The position numbers and the translations under genes were made by a program. A stretch of 64,000 bases of DNA from Eledone cirrhosa (taxonomy: Eukaryota). The stretch spans positions 1,674,001 through 1,738,000 of the forward strand of contig OZ024765.1 in assembly GCA_964016885.1 (NCBI GenBank), in the 5' to 3' direction. The notes under the pieces are model-generated. The model was given only the letters and a program-made list of their open reading frames with translations. It was not told where the DNA came from and ran no database searches. Shown one piece after another: positions 42,216 through 54,899 of the stretch (its first letter is position 1; each line of letters opens with the position of its first letter).

Positions 42216-42606
42216 TATAGAGGGATTACAACTGTACATGTATATATAATATATATATACACATTATATACACGTACAAGCAAACACATGTATTTAAAGT
42301 TGATGTAACATGTTGCTTGCTACACACACACATATATATATACACATAGTACACACACACACACACACACATACATACATGGTACACACACACACACACA
42401 CACAACTGCATCCTCACTTTACTCTTTCCTGTTTATTCTGCTTCCTCCCCCCCTCCTGCCCTCCCCCCTCTCATTCATCACTTTCCCCTCCCTCCCCCTC
42501 CCCTCTCACTTTCTCTCCGCCTCCCATCTCCCTCTTGTTCTCTTTTTTTCCTCATCAGTCCTCTCCTGTTCCAACACTACTACTACTACTACTACTACTG
42601 ATGATG

Positions 42607-42647
<41 letters not shown>

Positions 42648-42888
42648 GATGCTGCTGCTACTACTACTACTACTACTGATGCTGCTACTACTACTACTAC
42701 TACTGCTGCTGCTGCTACTACTACTACTACTACTACTACTACTGATGCTGCTACTACTACTACTACTGATGCTGCTACTACTACTACTATTACTACTACT
42801 ACTATTACTACTACTACCACTACTACTACTGCTACTACTACTACTGCTGCTGCTACTACTACTACTACTACTACTGCTGCTGATGCTG

Positions 42889-42931
<43 letters not shown>

Positions 42932-43184
42932 CACTATCATCACCACCATCCCCCTCAGTAACTGACTCCATTACCACCACCACCATCATACAGTTACTGA
43001 CCGCCCTCCCCCATCATCACAATTACTACTACCACCAGTAGTAGTGGTAGTGGTAGTAGTGGTAGTGGTAGTAGTAGTAGTAGTAGTGGTAGTAGTAGTA
43101 GTAGTGGTGGTGATGGTAGTAGTGGTGGTGGTGGTGGTGGTGGTGGTGGTAGTAGCAGTAGTAGCAGTAGCAGTAGTAGTAGTG

Positions 43185-43215
<31 letters not shown>

Positions 43216-43596
43216 TAACTGACTCCACCCATTTAGTCAAATAATGTTACAGAAAATAATTCCTCAATGACTCACAACATACTACTACTACCACTACTAC
43301 TGTTACTACTACTACCACCACTACTACTACTACCACCACCACCACTACCACTACTACTGTTACTACTACTACCTCTACTACTGTTACTACTACTACCACT
43401 ACTACTACTACCACCACTACTACTACCACCACCACCACTGCTACTACTACTGCTACTACCACCACTACTACTACTACCATTAGGACAACCTGTCTAACCC
43501 ATGCTAGCACAAAATGACTGTTAAACTATGATGATATATATATATATATGTATGTATATGTATGTATATATATATATAAATATATATATATATATT

Positions 43597-43926
43597 ATCA
43601 TCACTTTACGTCTGCTTTTCCCTGCTTGCAAGGGTGGGACGGGAACTGATTCTGGCTTGATTTCTACAGCTGGATGCCCTTCCTAACACCAACCTCATTT
43701 ACAGTGAGGGCTGTGTCCTTTTTTGCCGTGGCACCTCCACGACCACTTTCCAGTGGAATGATAGGGACCCCAGTCCCTATCATCTCATTTCTACAGCTGA
43801 GTAAACTGGAGAAATGTGAAATAAAGTGTCTTGCTCAAGGAAACAACACATCACCCGGTCTGAGAATTGAACTCACAACCTTTCGATTGCAAGGCCAATG
43901 CTCTAACCACTAAGCCATGTGCCTCC
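43597..43926 (-). mobile_element. Full-length SINE family A copy
   Basis: - strand head ggaggcacaTGGCTTAGTGGttagagcattggccttgcaatcgaaaggttgtGAGTTCAATTCtc is tRNA-like with A and B boxes. Confidence 0.88.
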
Positions 43927-43939
43927 ATATAGCAGTAAA

Positions 43940-44059
43940 TGCCTTACGGCACCTAGGGTTCCCAAGCGGTCACCAATCTAAGTACTAACTGGGCTCGACA
44001 TTGCTTAACTTCGGTGATCGGACGAGAACCGGTGTTTTCAGCGTGATATGGCTGTAAAC
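43940..44059 (-). rRNA. 5S rRNA, single dispersed copy (possibly pseudogene)
   Basis: - strand gtttacagccatatcacgctgaaaacaccggttctcgtccgatcaccgaagttaagcaatgtcgagcccagttagtacttagattggtgaccgcttgggaaccctaggtgccgtaaggca (120 nt) with A-box AGTTAAGC and C-box region; several substitutions and only TTT downstream. Confidence 0.92.
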
Positions 44060-44536
44060 CAAACAAAAATATATTTATATATATTTTAGTACAGCATTGA
44101 CGAAGCTTTAGAACACGGCCAAGCTAGCAAATGCAGAATCGGTCTGTAGCTTTAGCACTCGGATGAGGAAGGACCCCAGAGTAATAACACTATGTTCAGA
44201 CAGCTTAGCAAATCAGATATAGCGGTCGGCAGTCCAGCCGCATCACTAGAGCAACGAAAATACAGGACCCAGGAAAAGATTTTATTATATATATACATAC
44301 TTAGCTCCGTTTAATTGATTATTTGTCTAGTTAATTTCTACGGACTAAGAGGAAAGACTGGGTAAATCTTATCTGACTGTTCCCCACGGAGGAAAGTCTG
44401 TGACATTTATCTGTTATTTCTTCACACTTACATTTTAAACTTGGCTCCGTTTAAATGATTATTTATCTGGTTAATTTCTACGGACTAAGGAGAAGAACAA
44501 TTGGATATATTTTGTCTGACTGTTCTTCAAACTTGA

Positions 44537-44600
<64 letters not shown>

Positions 44601-46024
44601 TATATATCATCATTTCATTTTACGTCCGCTTTTCCCTGCTTGCAAGGGTGGGACGGGAACTGATTCTGGCTTGATTTCTACAGCTGGATGCCCTTCCTAA
44701 CACCAGCCTCATTTACAGTGAGTGCTGGGTGCTTTTTTTTGCCGTGGCACCTCCACGACCTCTTTACAGTGGAATGATAGGGACCCCAGTCCCTATCATC
44801 TCATTTCTACAGCTGAGTAAACTGTATATATTATCATACACACACATCGACACAGAAATACCCAAGATGTCATACTGTATAATTGAACTCAGGACCTTGT
44901 GATTTTGAAGTAAACTCCTTACCTTTCTGACATGTTGTGTTCCCACACCACCAACAACACCACCACTAATATAAACACTAACAAGAACCACACCACCACC
45001 ACACCACTACACCACCACACCACCACCAGCACCACCAACACCACTACACCACCAACACTACTACACCACCAACAACACCACCACCACCACCACACCAACA
45101 CCACTACACTACCAACAACAACACCACCACCACACCACCACTATCACCACCACCACCACCACCAGACAACCACTATCACTACCACTACCACCACTACACC
45201 ACCACCACCACTACACCACCACCACCACCACCACTACACCACCACCACTACCACCACTATACCACCACCACCCCCACTACCACCACTACACCACCACCAC
45301 CACCACCACCACTACACCACCACTACCACCACCACCACCACTACCAACACCACTACACTACCAACAACACCACCACCACCACTACCAACAACAACAACAA
45401 CAACACCACCACCACCACCACCACTACCACCACCACCAACAACAACAACAACAACACCATATGTTTTACAAGGGTTAACATTTAACATAAAACCTCGAAT
45501 TAAGAAGAGGGTTGAAAACAAAATAATTAGGGTCGTTAGTATTCGACATTGATGGATGAAATTACTAATAAGATGGTTGCCATGGTGATGGCAGTTAATT
45601 ATATAAAAACTACCACTACACATTCACATACACACTCACACATTCACATACACACTCACACATTCACATACACACTCACATACACATTCACATACACACA
45701 CACACACTCACATACACATTCACATACACACACACACACTCACATACACACTCACACATTCACATACGCATATACACTAGTTAAATGTACGCACACACAC
45801 CATTATGATCACAATTTACATCTCTTGAACACACACACACGCCCACACACACACGCCCACACACACACGGCACACACACTCACTCACAATTACACATACA
45901 CATGCCCACACACACTCTCACACATACACATTCACACATACGCACGCTCACATACACTCATGCACAATCATATATATATATATATTCCATGAAGAAAATA
46001 TATACCACTCGAACATGTACACAT

Positions 46025-46063
<39 letters not shown>

Positions 46064-46180
46064 CACACTTTCACAAACATACACACACTCACTCACACAG
46101 ACACTCACATACTAACACACATACATGCATATACACATATACACTCAATGAACAAACTATACATCTGTTGAACACACACG

Positions 46181-47433
46181 CAGAGCTGTGATCTCTGAGC
46201 TACAAATCTGTCCAGTGATTCTTTCCTGGGACATTCTAACCACATGTCCATAGTATCAGAGCTGTGATCTCTCAATTCAGAGAAGTAGCAGCTCTACTTG
46301 GAGTGACTCTCTGGTCTCTGAGCTACACATCTGTTCAGTGATTCTTTCCTGGGACATTCTAACCACATGTCTGTAGTATCAGAGCTGTGATCTCTCAATT
46401 CAGAGAAGTAGCAGCTCTACCTGGAGTGACTCTCTGGTCTCTGAGCTACACATCTGTTCAGTGATTCTTTCCTGGGACATTCTAACCACATGTCCATAGT
46501 ATCAGAGCTGTGATCTCTCAATTCAGAGAAGTAGCAGCTCTACCTGGAGTGACTCTCTGGTCTCTGAGCTACACATCTGTTCAGTGATTCTTTCCTGAGA
46601 CATTCTAACCACATGTCTGTAGTATCAGAGCTGTGATCTCTCAATTCAGAGAAGTAGCAGCTCTACCTGGAGTGACTCTCTGGTCTCTGAGCTACACATC
46701 TGTTCAGTGATTCTTTCCTGGGACATTCTAACCACATGTCCATAGTATCAGAGCTGTGATCTCTCAATTCAGAGAAGTAGCAGCTCTACCTGGAGTGACT
46801 CTCTGGTCTCTGAGCTACACATCTGTTCAGTGATTCTTTCCTGGGACATTCTAACCACATGTCCATAGTATCAGAGCTGTGATCTCTCAATTCAGAGAAG
46901 TAGCAGCTCTACCTGGAGTGACTCTCTGGTCTCTGAGCTACACATCTGTTCAGTGATTCTTTCCTGGGACATTCTAACCACATGTCCATAGTATCAGAGC
47001 TGTGATCTCTCAATTCAGAGAAGTAGCAGCTCTACTTGGAGTGACTCTCTGGTCTCTGAGCTACACATCTGTTCAGTGATTCTTTCCTGGGACATTCTAA
47101 CCACATGTCCATAGTATCAGAGCTGTGATCTCTCAATTTGGAGATGTAGCAGCTCTACCTGGAGTGACTCTCTGATCTCTGAGCTACAAATCTGTCCAGT
47201 GATTCTTTCCTGAGACATTCTAACCACATGTCCATAGTATCAGAGCTGTGATCTCTCAGTTCAGAGAAGTAGCAGCTCTACCTGGAGTGACTCTCTGATC
47301 TCAGAGCTATAAATATGTCCAGTGATTCTTTCCTGGGACATTCTAACCACATGTCCATAGTATCAGAGCTGTGATCTCTCAGTTCAGAGAAGTAGCAGCT
47401 CTACCTGGAGTGATTCTCTGATCTCCAAGCTAC
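46181..47433 (-). repeat. 123-bp tandem repeat (about 10 units) from the same RTE region as the 65-bp satellite
   Basis: Reverse complement contains agctcagagaccagagagtcactccaggtagagctgctacttctctgaattgagagatcacagctctgatact...gacatgtggttagaatgt.ccaggaaagaatc, matching about 29021-29130. Confidence 0.92.
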
Positions 47434-47703
47434 ACACCACATCGAGTATCAAATTAGCAGACCATTCATGTGGAATTTCTATGGTGAATCTAGCAAGATA
47501 TTTCCATTTTCTTCATAGAAAGTCTGTTTTCAATGATACCTGTTAGCGTTAAATAGAGGAGGGGGGGAACTGAAGCAAAGATGACAAACAAATCAACAGG
47601 TAATTAGAGTTGTTTAGACAGAAATTTACATGGATAGATTTACCTGAAATGGTGGTTGTTATGGTAATTTGAGATAATTATAAAGAAAAACTTACAACAT
47701 TTA

Positions 47704-47757
<54 letters not shown>

Positions 47758-48020
47758 ATGTATATATATGTGTGTATGTATGGGTATATATGTTTGATTG
47801 TGTATGTATGTGTGTGTATATATATGTGTGTGCATGCATGTATGTTTGTGATTGTATATATATATATGTGTTTGTGTTTGTGTATATATATGTCTGTGTG
47901 TATATATGGGTGTTTACATTAGTTTCTCTCTCTCTATCTATCTATCTATATATTACTACCTCAAGTATTGAGTACTTTGGTGCGTTATGGTCCACCTGGT
48001 TCCTTACCACATTTCCTTCG

Positions 48021-48061
<41 letters not shown>

Positions 48062-48144
48062 GGAGGTGAGTTTTATTGTAGTACAATAAAGCAATGCAGA
48101 TATCGGATAAGAAGCACTCTACAGTTTGTGGGACTGGAGTATGC

Positions 48145-48478
48145 ATAATATAAGATCAAAAGATGGTTAAAGGAGTTCCATATATTTTATTATGCGCATT
48201 TCAAAAACAAACATCATCAAGCAATAATATTTGTGTTTTCATCAGATAAAACAGGAGAACATGATATGAAGGCTAAAAAAACACTTGTTGATAGTGCAGT
48301 TTTAAATCAACATATCAACAAGTGCATAAAACTGCACTATCAACAAGTGTTTTTTTAGCCTTCATATCATGTTCTCCTGTTTTATCTGATGAAAACACAA
48401 ATATTATTGCTTGATGATGTTTGTTTTTGAAATGCGCATAATAAAATATATGGAACTCCTTTAACCATCTTTTGATCT

Positions 48479-48486
<8 letters not shown>
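48145..48486. repeat. Perfect 160-bp inverted repeat with 22-nt loop
   Basis: Arms 48145-48304 and 48327-48486 read as exact reverse complements by eye; the right arm runs into (TA)n. Confidence 0.93.
48378..48448 (+). ncRNA. Type I hammerhead ribozyme (Penelope-like-element type), intact core
   Basis: tgttttat CTGATGA (48386-48392) long stem II GAAA (48429-48432) tgcgca TA ataaaata; predicted cleavage after A48440. Mirror copy on - strand at 48183-48253. Confidence 0.8.
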
Positions 48487-48526
<40 letters not shown>

Positions 48527-49110
48527 TGTGTGTATGTGTAAAAAAGGTAAACAGGAATAACAAAACAAACAACACAGTACATGGGAGAAATATATTAGTT
48601 CAACACTTGCAATAGCAGGAAGAGAGTCTTAACGTTTCGGACACTTGTCCTTCATTGGTGAGAAGGGAGAAGTTATAAGAGGGTAGTGGAGGAAAGATGA
48701 TAGTGATTGTTGGTTGTTTTCAAAAGGATTTCAAAAATTATAGGCAGTGTTTTATGTGAAATATGGTAATCAAAGAGTTAAATATGAATCGTTTAAAATG
48801 TTTGGTTTTATTTCCCAGAACCAGGGCCTGTTTTTACCGGGCTGTTATTAAAAGGGTTAATGGAGAATTTTTATGAATTTATTGATATCAAATGTGTTAA
48901 AATGTCTGTTGTTGTTATGGTGTGTAGTGTTGTTGTTGTGTAATACAGTTGTGATGTTGTTGTTATGTTAAATCTCTACTAAAGTGTTGTGATGTTGTTA
49001 CGATTGTCTATCTCCAGAACTACCCAAAGACCTCAGTGTCGTTGTTATGTTCTTGTAGTGTTAAATCTCTACTAAAGTGTTGTGATGTTCTCACCATTCT
49101 CTCTCTCCAG

Positions 49111-49271
49111 AACTACCCAAAGACCTCAATGCCTGCCAGCAGTCCAAACACCAGCAGTAGCCAGTCCAGTAATCAAAGTCAGTCAGGGGAACAGCTGAGT
49201 AAGACAAACCTGTATATCCGGGGACTGAGTAAACATACCACTGACAAGGATCTCCTGGCTATGTGTGACAG
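49111..49271 (+). CDS. shep: RBMS/alan shepard-family RRM protein, coding exon with RRM1 N-terminus (RNP2)
   Basis: Acceptor ttctctctctccag| and donor AG|gtaggg. Translates [53 protein letters not shown]; [13 protein letters not shown] is the RBMS/Shep RRM1 start. 161 nt, phase 0 to phase 2. Confidence 0.92.
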
Positions 49272-49279
49272 GTAGGGCT

Positions 49280-50452
49280 ATAACACTTACACTACTACCA
49301 CCACCGCCACCACTACTACTACTACTACTACTACCATCAATACTACCACCACCACCATCACATCTACAGTCACTACTGCTACAATCACCACTAATACTAC
49401 TACTACTACTACCACCAATACTATCACCACTACTACTACCACCACTACTACTACCACCAATACTATCACCACTACTACTACCACCAATACTATCACCACT
49501 ACTACTACCACCACTACTATCACCACTACTACTACCACCATCACATCCATCACCACTACTACCATCACTAATACCACCACCATGACATATACCACCAACA
49601 CTATCATCACTACTACTACCACCAGCACTACTACCATCTTAACCACATCCATCACTTATACAACCAATGCTACCACCACCACCACTACCACCACCACCAC
49701 CACCGCCACTACTGCCACCACCACCACCACCACCACCACCCACCACCACCACTACCACACCACCACTACCACACCACCACCACACCACAACACCACCACC
49801 ACCACCACTACCACACCACCACCACCACCACCACACCACCACCACCACACCACAACACCACCACCACCACCACTACCACACCACCACATCACACCACCAC
49901 TACCACACCACCACCACCACCACACCACTACACCACAACACCACCACAACCACCACCACCACAACCACCACCACCACCCACCACCACCCACCACCACCAC
50001 CACCACCACCACCATCACCACCACCACAACCACCACCACCACCACCACCACCACCATCACCACCACCGCCACCACCACCCACCACCACCACCCACCACAA
50101 TCACCACCACCACCACCACCACCCACCACCACCCACCACCCACCACAATCACCACCACCACCACCACCACCCACCACCACCCACCACCACCACCACCACC
50201 CACCACCACCACCACCACCCACCACAATCACCACCACCACCACCACCACCACCACCACCACCCACCACCACCCACCACCACCACCACCACCACCCACCAC
50301 CACCACCACCACCACCCACCACCACCCACCACCACCACCCACCACCACCACCACCACCCACCACAATCACCACCACCACCACCACCACCCACCACCACCA
50401 CCACCCACCACCACCGCCACCGCCACCACCACCACCACCACCACCACCATCA
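49280..50452. repeat. (CAC/CTA)n low-complexity tract filling a 1.24-kb intron
   Basis: Degenerate trinucleotide repeat between the first two visible exons. Confidence 0.92.
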
Positions 50453-50515
50453 TCCATCAGTTTTTTTTTACCAAAAGTGCTTCAAACTGTAAAAAGTGTT
50501 CTCCTTACTTTCCAG

Positions 50516-50574
50516 CTATGGGAAAATTACCTCTACCAAGGCAATAATTGATAATCAACTTTCCACATGCAAAG
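50516..50574 (+). CDS. shep: RBMS/shep coding exon (59 nt)
   Basis: Acceptor ttctccttactttccag| and donor AAAG|gtaagc. Translates (S)YGKITSTKAIIDNQLSTCK(G), matching RBMS YGKIVSTKAILDK..CKG; phases fit both neighbouring exons. Confidence 0.93.
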
Positions 50575-50595
50575 GTAAGCTAATTTATTCTACAG

Positions 50596-50633
<38 letters not shown>

Positions 50634-51049
50634 TCATCATCATCATCATCATCATCATCGTTTAACGTCCGCTTGCAAGGGCGGGACGGGTCCTATTCAG
50701 CACAGCATCTCTCCATTCGTCACGGTCCTTCGTCATCTGAGGTCAGCTCTCACCACCTCCGCCCATGATATCCGTGGTCTTCCTCTACTGCGTCTTCCTT
50801 CCACTGGGATTACTTGGCACTTCTTTACCCAGCGGCCATCATACATGTGTGTGTGTTTGTGCAGAGAACAATTAAAAAACAAAACAAAACAGAACAGAAG
50901 TCAGACGAAGGTAGTTCGGGGGTCAATTGATCGATGGAGACCGGTGTTTAATCTAGCTCCTACCTTTCAAGTCTTCAAATCCCTGTTTAATGGATTTTCT
51001 TCAAGGGTACCTTGGGCTGTGGTCACCTACCACAAAATCTGCTGCACTC

Positions 51050-51341
51050 GGGCCTGGAGAGGGATGGGCCTGGAGAGGGATGGGCCTGGAGAGGGATGGG
51101 CCTGGGGAGGGATGGGCCTGGAGAGGGATGGGCCTGGGGAGGGATGGGCCTGGGGAGGGATGGGCCTGGAGAGGGATGGGCCTGGGGAGGGATGGGCCTG
51201 GAGAGGGATGGGCCTGGGGAGGGATGGGCCTGGGGAGGGATGGGCCTGGAGAGGGATGGGCCTGGAGAGGGATGGGCCTGGAGAGGGATGGGCCTGGGGA
51301 GGGATGGGCCTGGGGAGGGATGGGCCTGGAGAGGGATGGGC
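51050..51341. repeat. 16-bp G-rich minisatellite (about 18 units)
   Basis: Unit gggcctgg(a/g)gagggat. Confidence 0.93.
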
Positions 51342-51429
51342 TCCGCTAGGCTGAAACTACCCAAGAAACGCTGTATGTCAATACGGCACCCCTACGACTC
51401 TGCCAGGGGTTACGGGACCATGCCATACC

Positions 51430-52172
51430 ATATAAATATACCCATATTTAAGACTGTATAAATATATACCCATATTTAAGACTGTATAAATATATACACA
51501 TATTAAAGACTGTATATATAAATATATACACATATTTAAGACTGTATATATAAATATATACACATATTAAAGACTGTATATATAAATATATACACATATT
51601 TAAGACTATATATAACTATATACACATTAAAGACTGTATATATAAATATATACACATATTTAAGACTGTATAAATATATACACATATTAAAGACTGTATA
51701 TATAAATATATACACATATTTAAGACTATATATAACTATATACACATTAAAGACTGTATATATAAATATATACACATATTTAAGACTGTATAAATATATA
51801 CACATATTAAAGACTGTATATATAAATATATACACATATTTAAGACTATATATAACTATATACACATTAAAGACTGTATATATAAATATATACACATATT
51901 TAAGACTGTATAAATATATACACATATTAAAGACTGTATATATAAATATATACACATATTTAAGACTATATATAAATATATACACATATTAAAGACTGTA
52001 TATAAATATATACACATATTTAAGACTATATATAAATATATACACATATTTAAGACTGTATATATAAATATATACACATATTTAAGACTGTATATATAAA
52101 TATATACACATATTTAATACTATATATAACTATATACACATATTAAAGACTGTATATATAAATATATAGACA
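51430..52172. repeat. About 30-bp AT-rich minisatellite with a 120-bp higher-order period
   Basis: aagactgtatatataaatatatacacatatt variants; the 60-base lines starting at 51601, 51721 and 51841 are identical. Confidence 0.88.
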
Positions 52173-52803
52173 TTTAATCTGTAGAAATGCAAACATCTCT
52201 TCTGATGAGGACTTGACTAGTGCTGATGCCATGATAAAATGCACCAAGTGTACTCTGCAGAGTGCTGGCACATATGTAAGCAATTGGCAAGCCCCTCTGT
52301 CCCAACTGAGAGGTCAGTAGCTCATATTAGGTACAGAACAGACTTGGTTTGTGGTGAGCTGTCCAGCTCTTGCTAGGGGAGAAGACAGACATTAGACAAT
52401 GATGTTACTGATGATGATGATGTTGCTGGTGTACTATGCACTAATGCCACCTACATATTGAGTCTTGTGGCTAATCAGCTAGAATCAATATGAGGAATAT
52501 TGATCTTGAGAATGCTGTACTGTCCATCACATTAAACATTTATCTGACCACCACACAACAGATAGCACACATATATGTATATATATATACACTCACTAAC
52601 ACACACATATATACATACACACACACACATACATGGCAGAGAACCAACACATCAACACATATATACACACACTCAGCAGAAAACACACACACACACATAT
52701 ATATATATATGCAGACACATACATACACTAATACAAATATATACAGACTCTCACTAACACACACGCACACGCACACACACACACACACACACTCACACTC
52801 ACA

Positions 52804-52845
<42 letters not shown>

Positions 52846-53204
52846 CACACCCATTGGCTTTTGGTAGTATTCTGAAATGGACATGCTAATTTGCATATAA
52901 TTAGCACTTGTGTTGGTAATTAATTAAGATATATATTAAGAAGTGCCCTAGCAGCCGAAGTGTATAATAAAATTTTATCTTAATTAATTAACAACTAAAA
53001 AACCTGCCAAAGAAAGGGTCAAGAGGACCCTCCAATTGTGTCAAAGACATGACAACCTCCCTAGTGTTGGTGTCGTGATAAAATACACCCAGTACACTCT
53101 GTAAAGTAGTTAGTGATAGGAAGGGCATTCAGCTGTAGAGAAATTGCCAAATAAAGGGTTATAAGGGCTCTTTAGCTAAGTAAATCCCCTCCATTGTTGG
53201 TACC

Positions 53205-53362
53205 ATGTTAAAATTTGTCATCTCCTCTGTGAGATTCAGTGATTTGAGGTCAGCTCTCACAACCTCTGCCCAGGTCTTCCTTGGTCTACCTCTACCACAA
53301 CTTCCTTCCACTGGGATATCATGGCACTTCTTCACCCAACAATCGTTGTCCAAGTGCATATG
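53205..53362 (-). mobile_element. RTE-clade LINE 3' fragment
   Basis: MHLDNDCWVKKCHDIPVEGSCGRGRPRKTWAEVVRADL; a related fragment lies at 50735-50845. Confidence 0.8.
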
Positions 53363-53866
53363 TCATATTCATCATCATCATCATCGATTAACATCTATCT
53401 TCCACGCTAGCATGGGTTAGACGGGTTTGTCCCATTTAGAGGCAAGTTGGGTCGGGTGACCGTGTCTTAATCATACAGAACTGTTTCTGGTTGGTTTACT
53501 ACGGCTGGATGTCCTTCCTAACGCCAGCCATATTGACAGTGTGTGTGTGTGCTGGGTGCTTTTTACCGTGTCTTTTACACCAGTACTTCTCAAACTATCT
53601 GATGTGGCGGACCAGCATTTTTTTTTTTTTTTTCAATGTGCCACGTACCGCTAGTATTTCGTAGTAATATTAATTTATACCGGAAACGATACATATAATT
53701 AATATAATAATAGTTGACCATTTTTTTAATCTTCTATTTATTTTGTAAACAAATAATTGTTTCTACAAATAATTGTTTCTACACACATATATATATATAT
53801 ATATACACACACACATACAGTTGTACATACACACATATATATATATATACACATACAGTGGTACAT

Positions 53867-53909
<43 letters not shown>

Positions 53910-54703
53910 TACAGTTGTACATACACATATATATATATATATATACACACATATATATATATACACACATGCAACATAAATACATATATATTTCCTCCTA
54001 CACACCTAGTTCTGAGTGTGTTAACCTGATTATACTACATTATAATCCCTCCGAGGTTAACTTTGCCTTACGGGGTCAATAAAATAAAGTACCAGTAATG
54101 CACTGGGCTAATTGCTGGCCTTGTGCCAAAAGTAGAAACAATTATTATTATATAATTGTTTCTACGTTAGGCACAAGGCCAGCAATTACCCCAGTGTATT
54201 ACTGGTACTTTATTTTATCGACCCCGTAAGGATGAAAGGCAAAGTTAACCTCGGCAGGATTTGAACTCAGAATAGCAAGGGCCGTAACTCTATGCATCAA
54301 AGCATGGCGTCCGACTCTCTACCGATACTGCCAATCCACCATCCTAGCATGGCGTCCGACTCTCTACCGATACTGCCAATCCAAAATAATACAATATCAA
54401 AGCAGATAGAAAAGTAATAAAAAAAATTCCTCAAATGATTCCTTAGCATGGCCTGGACACTGGTCGCGCTCGGTAGCTGATGGCTCGCGCACCACCACTT
54501 TGAGTAGCAGTTTTACACGACCACTTTACAGTACTGGATGCTTTATGTCGTGTCACCTACACAACCTCTTTATAGTGTGGGCTGGATGTTTTGTGGTGCC
54601 AGCATAATATTTTGTGGCATAATGTCAACTAAACAGAATTAGGTGTAAAATAAACTAGAAGAAATGTATATATTTTATCTGGTGATTCTATAGACATGTT
54701 TTA

Positions 54704-54740
<37 letters not shown>

Positions 54741-54844
54741 AACCAGTAAGACCCCGGCAGCTGAGCTCAAGCCGTTTCTACTACCTCAAGTATTGAGTAC
54801 TTTGGTGCGTTATGGTCCACCTGGTTCCTTACCACATTTCCTTC

Positions 54845-54882
<38 letters not shown>

Positions 54883-54899
54883 ACTCTCCCGTCGATATC

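Noticed and set aside
43850-43926. Possible tRNA gene
   Set aside because: tRNA-like SINE head continuing into the SINE body; no complete cloverleaf evident.
47581-47605. ATG...CAG|GTAATT as an alternative first exon or second ratchet point
   Set aside because: No polypyrimidine tract, and the ATG frame ends in phase 1, incompatible with the phase-0 exon at 49111.
52195-52240. CTGATGAG as a hammerhead core
   Set aside because: No stem II followed by GAAA and no closing stems.
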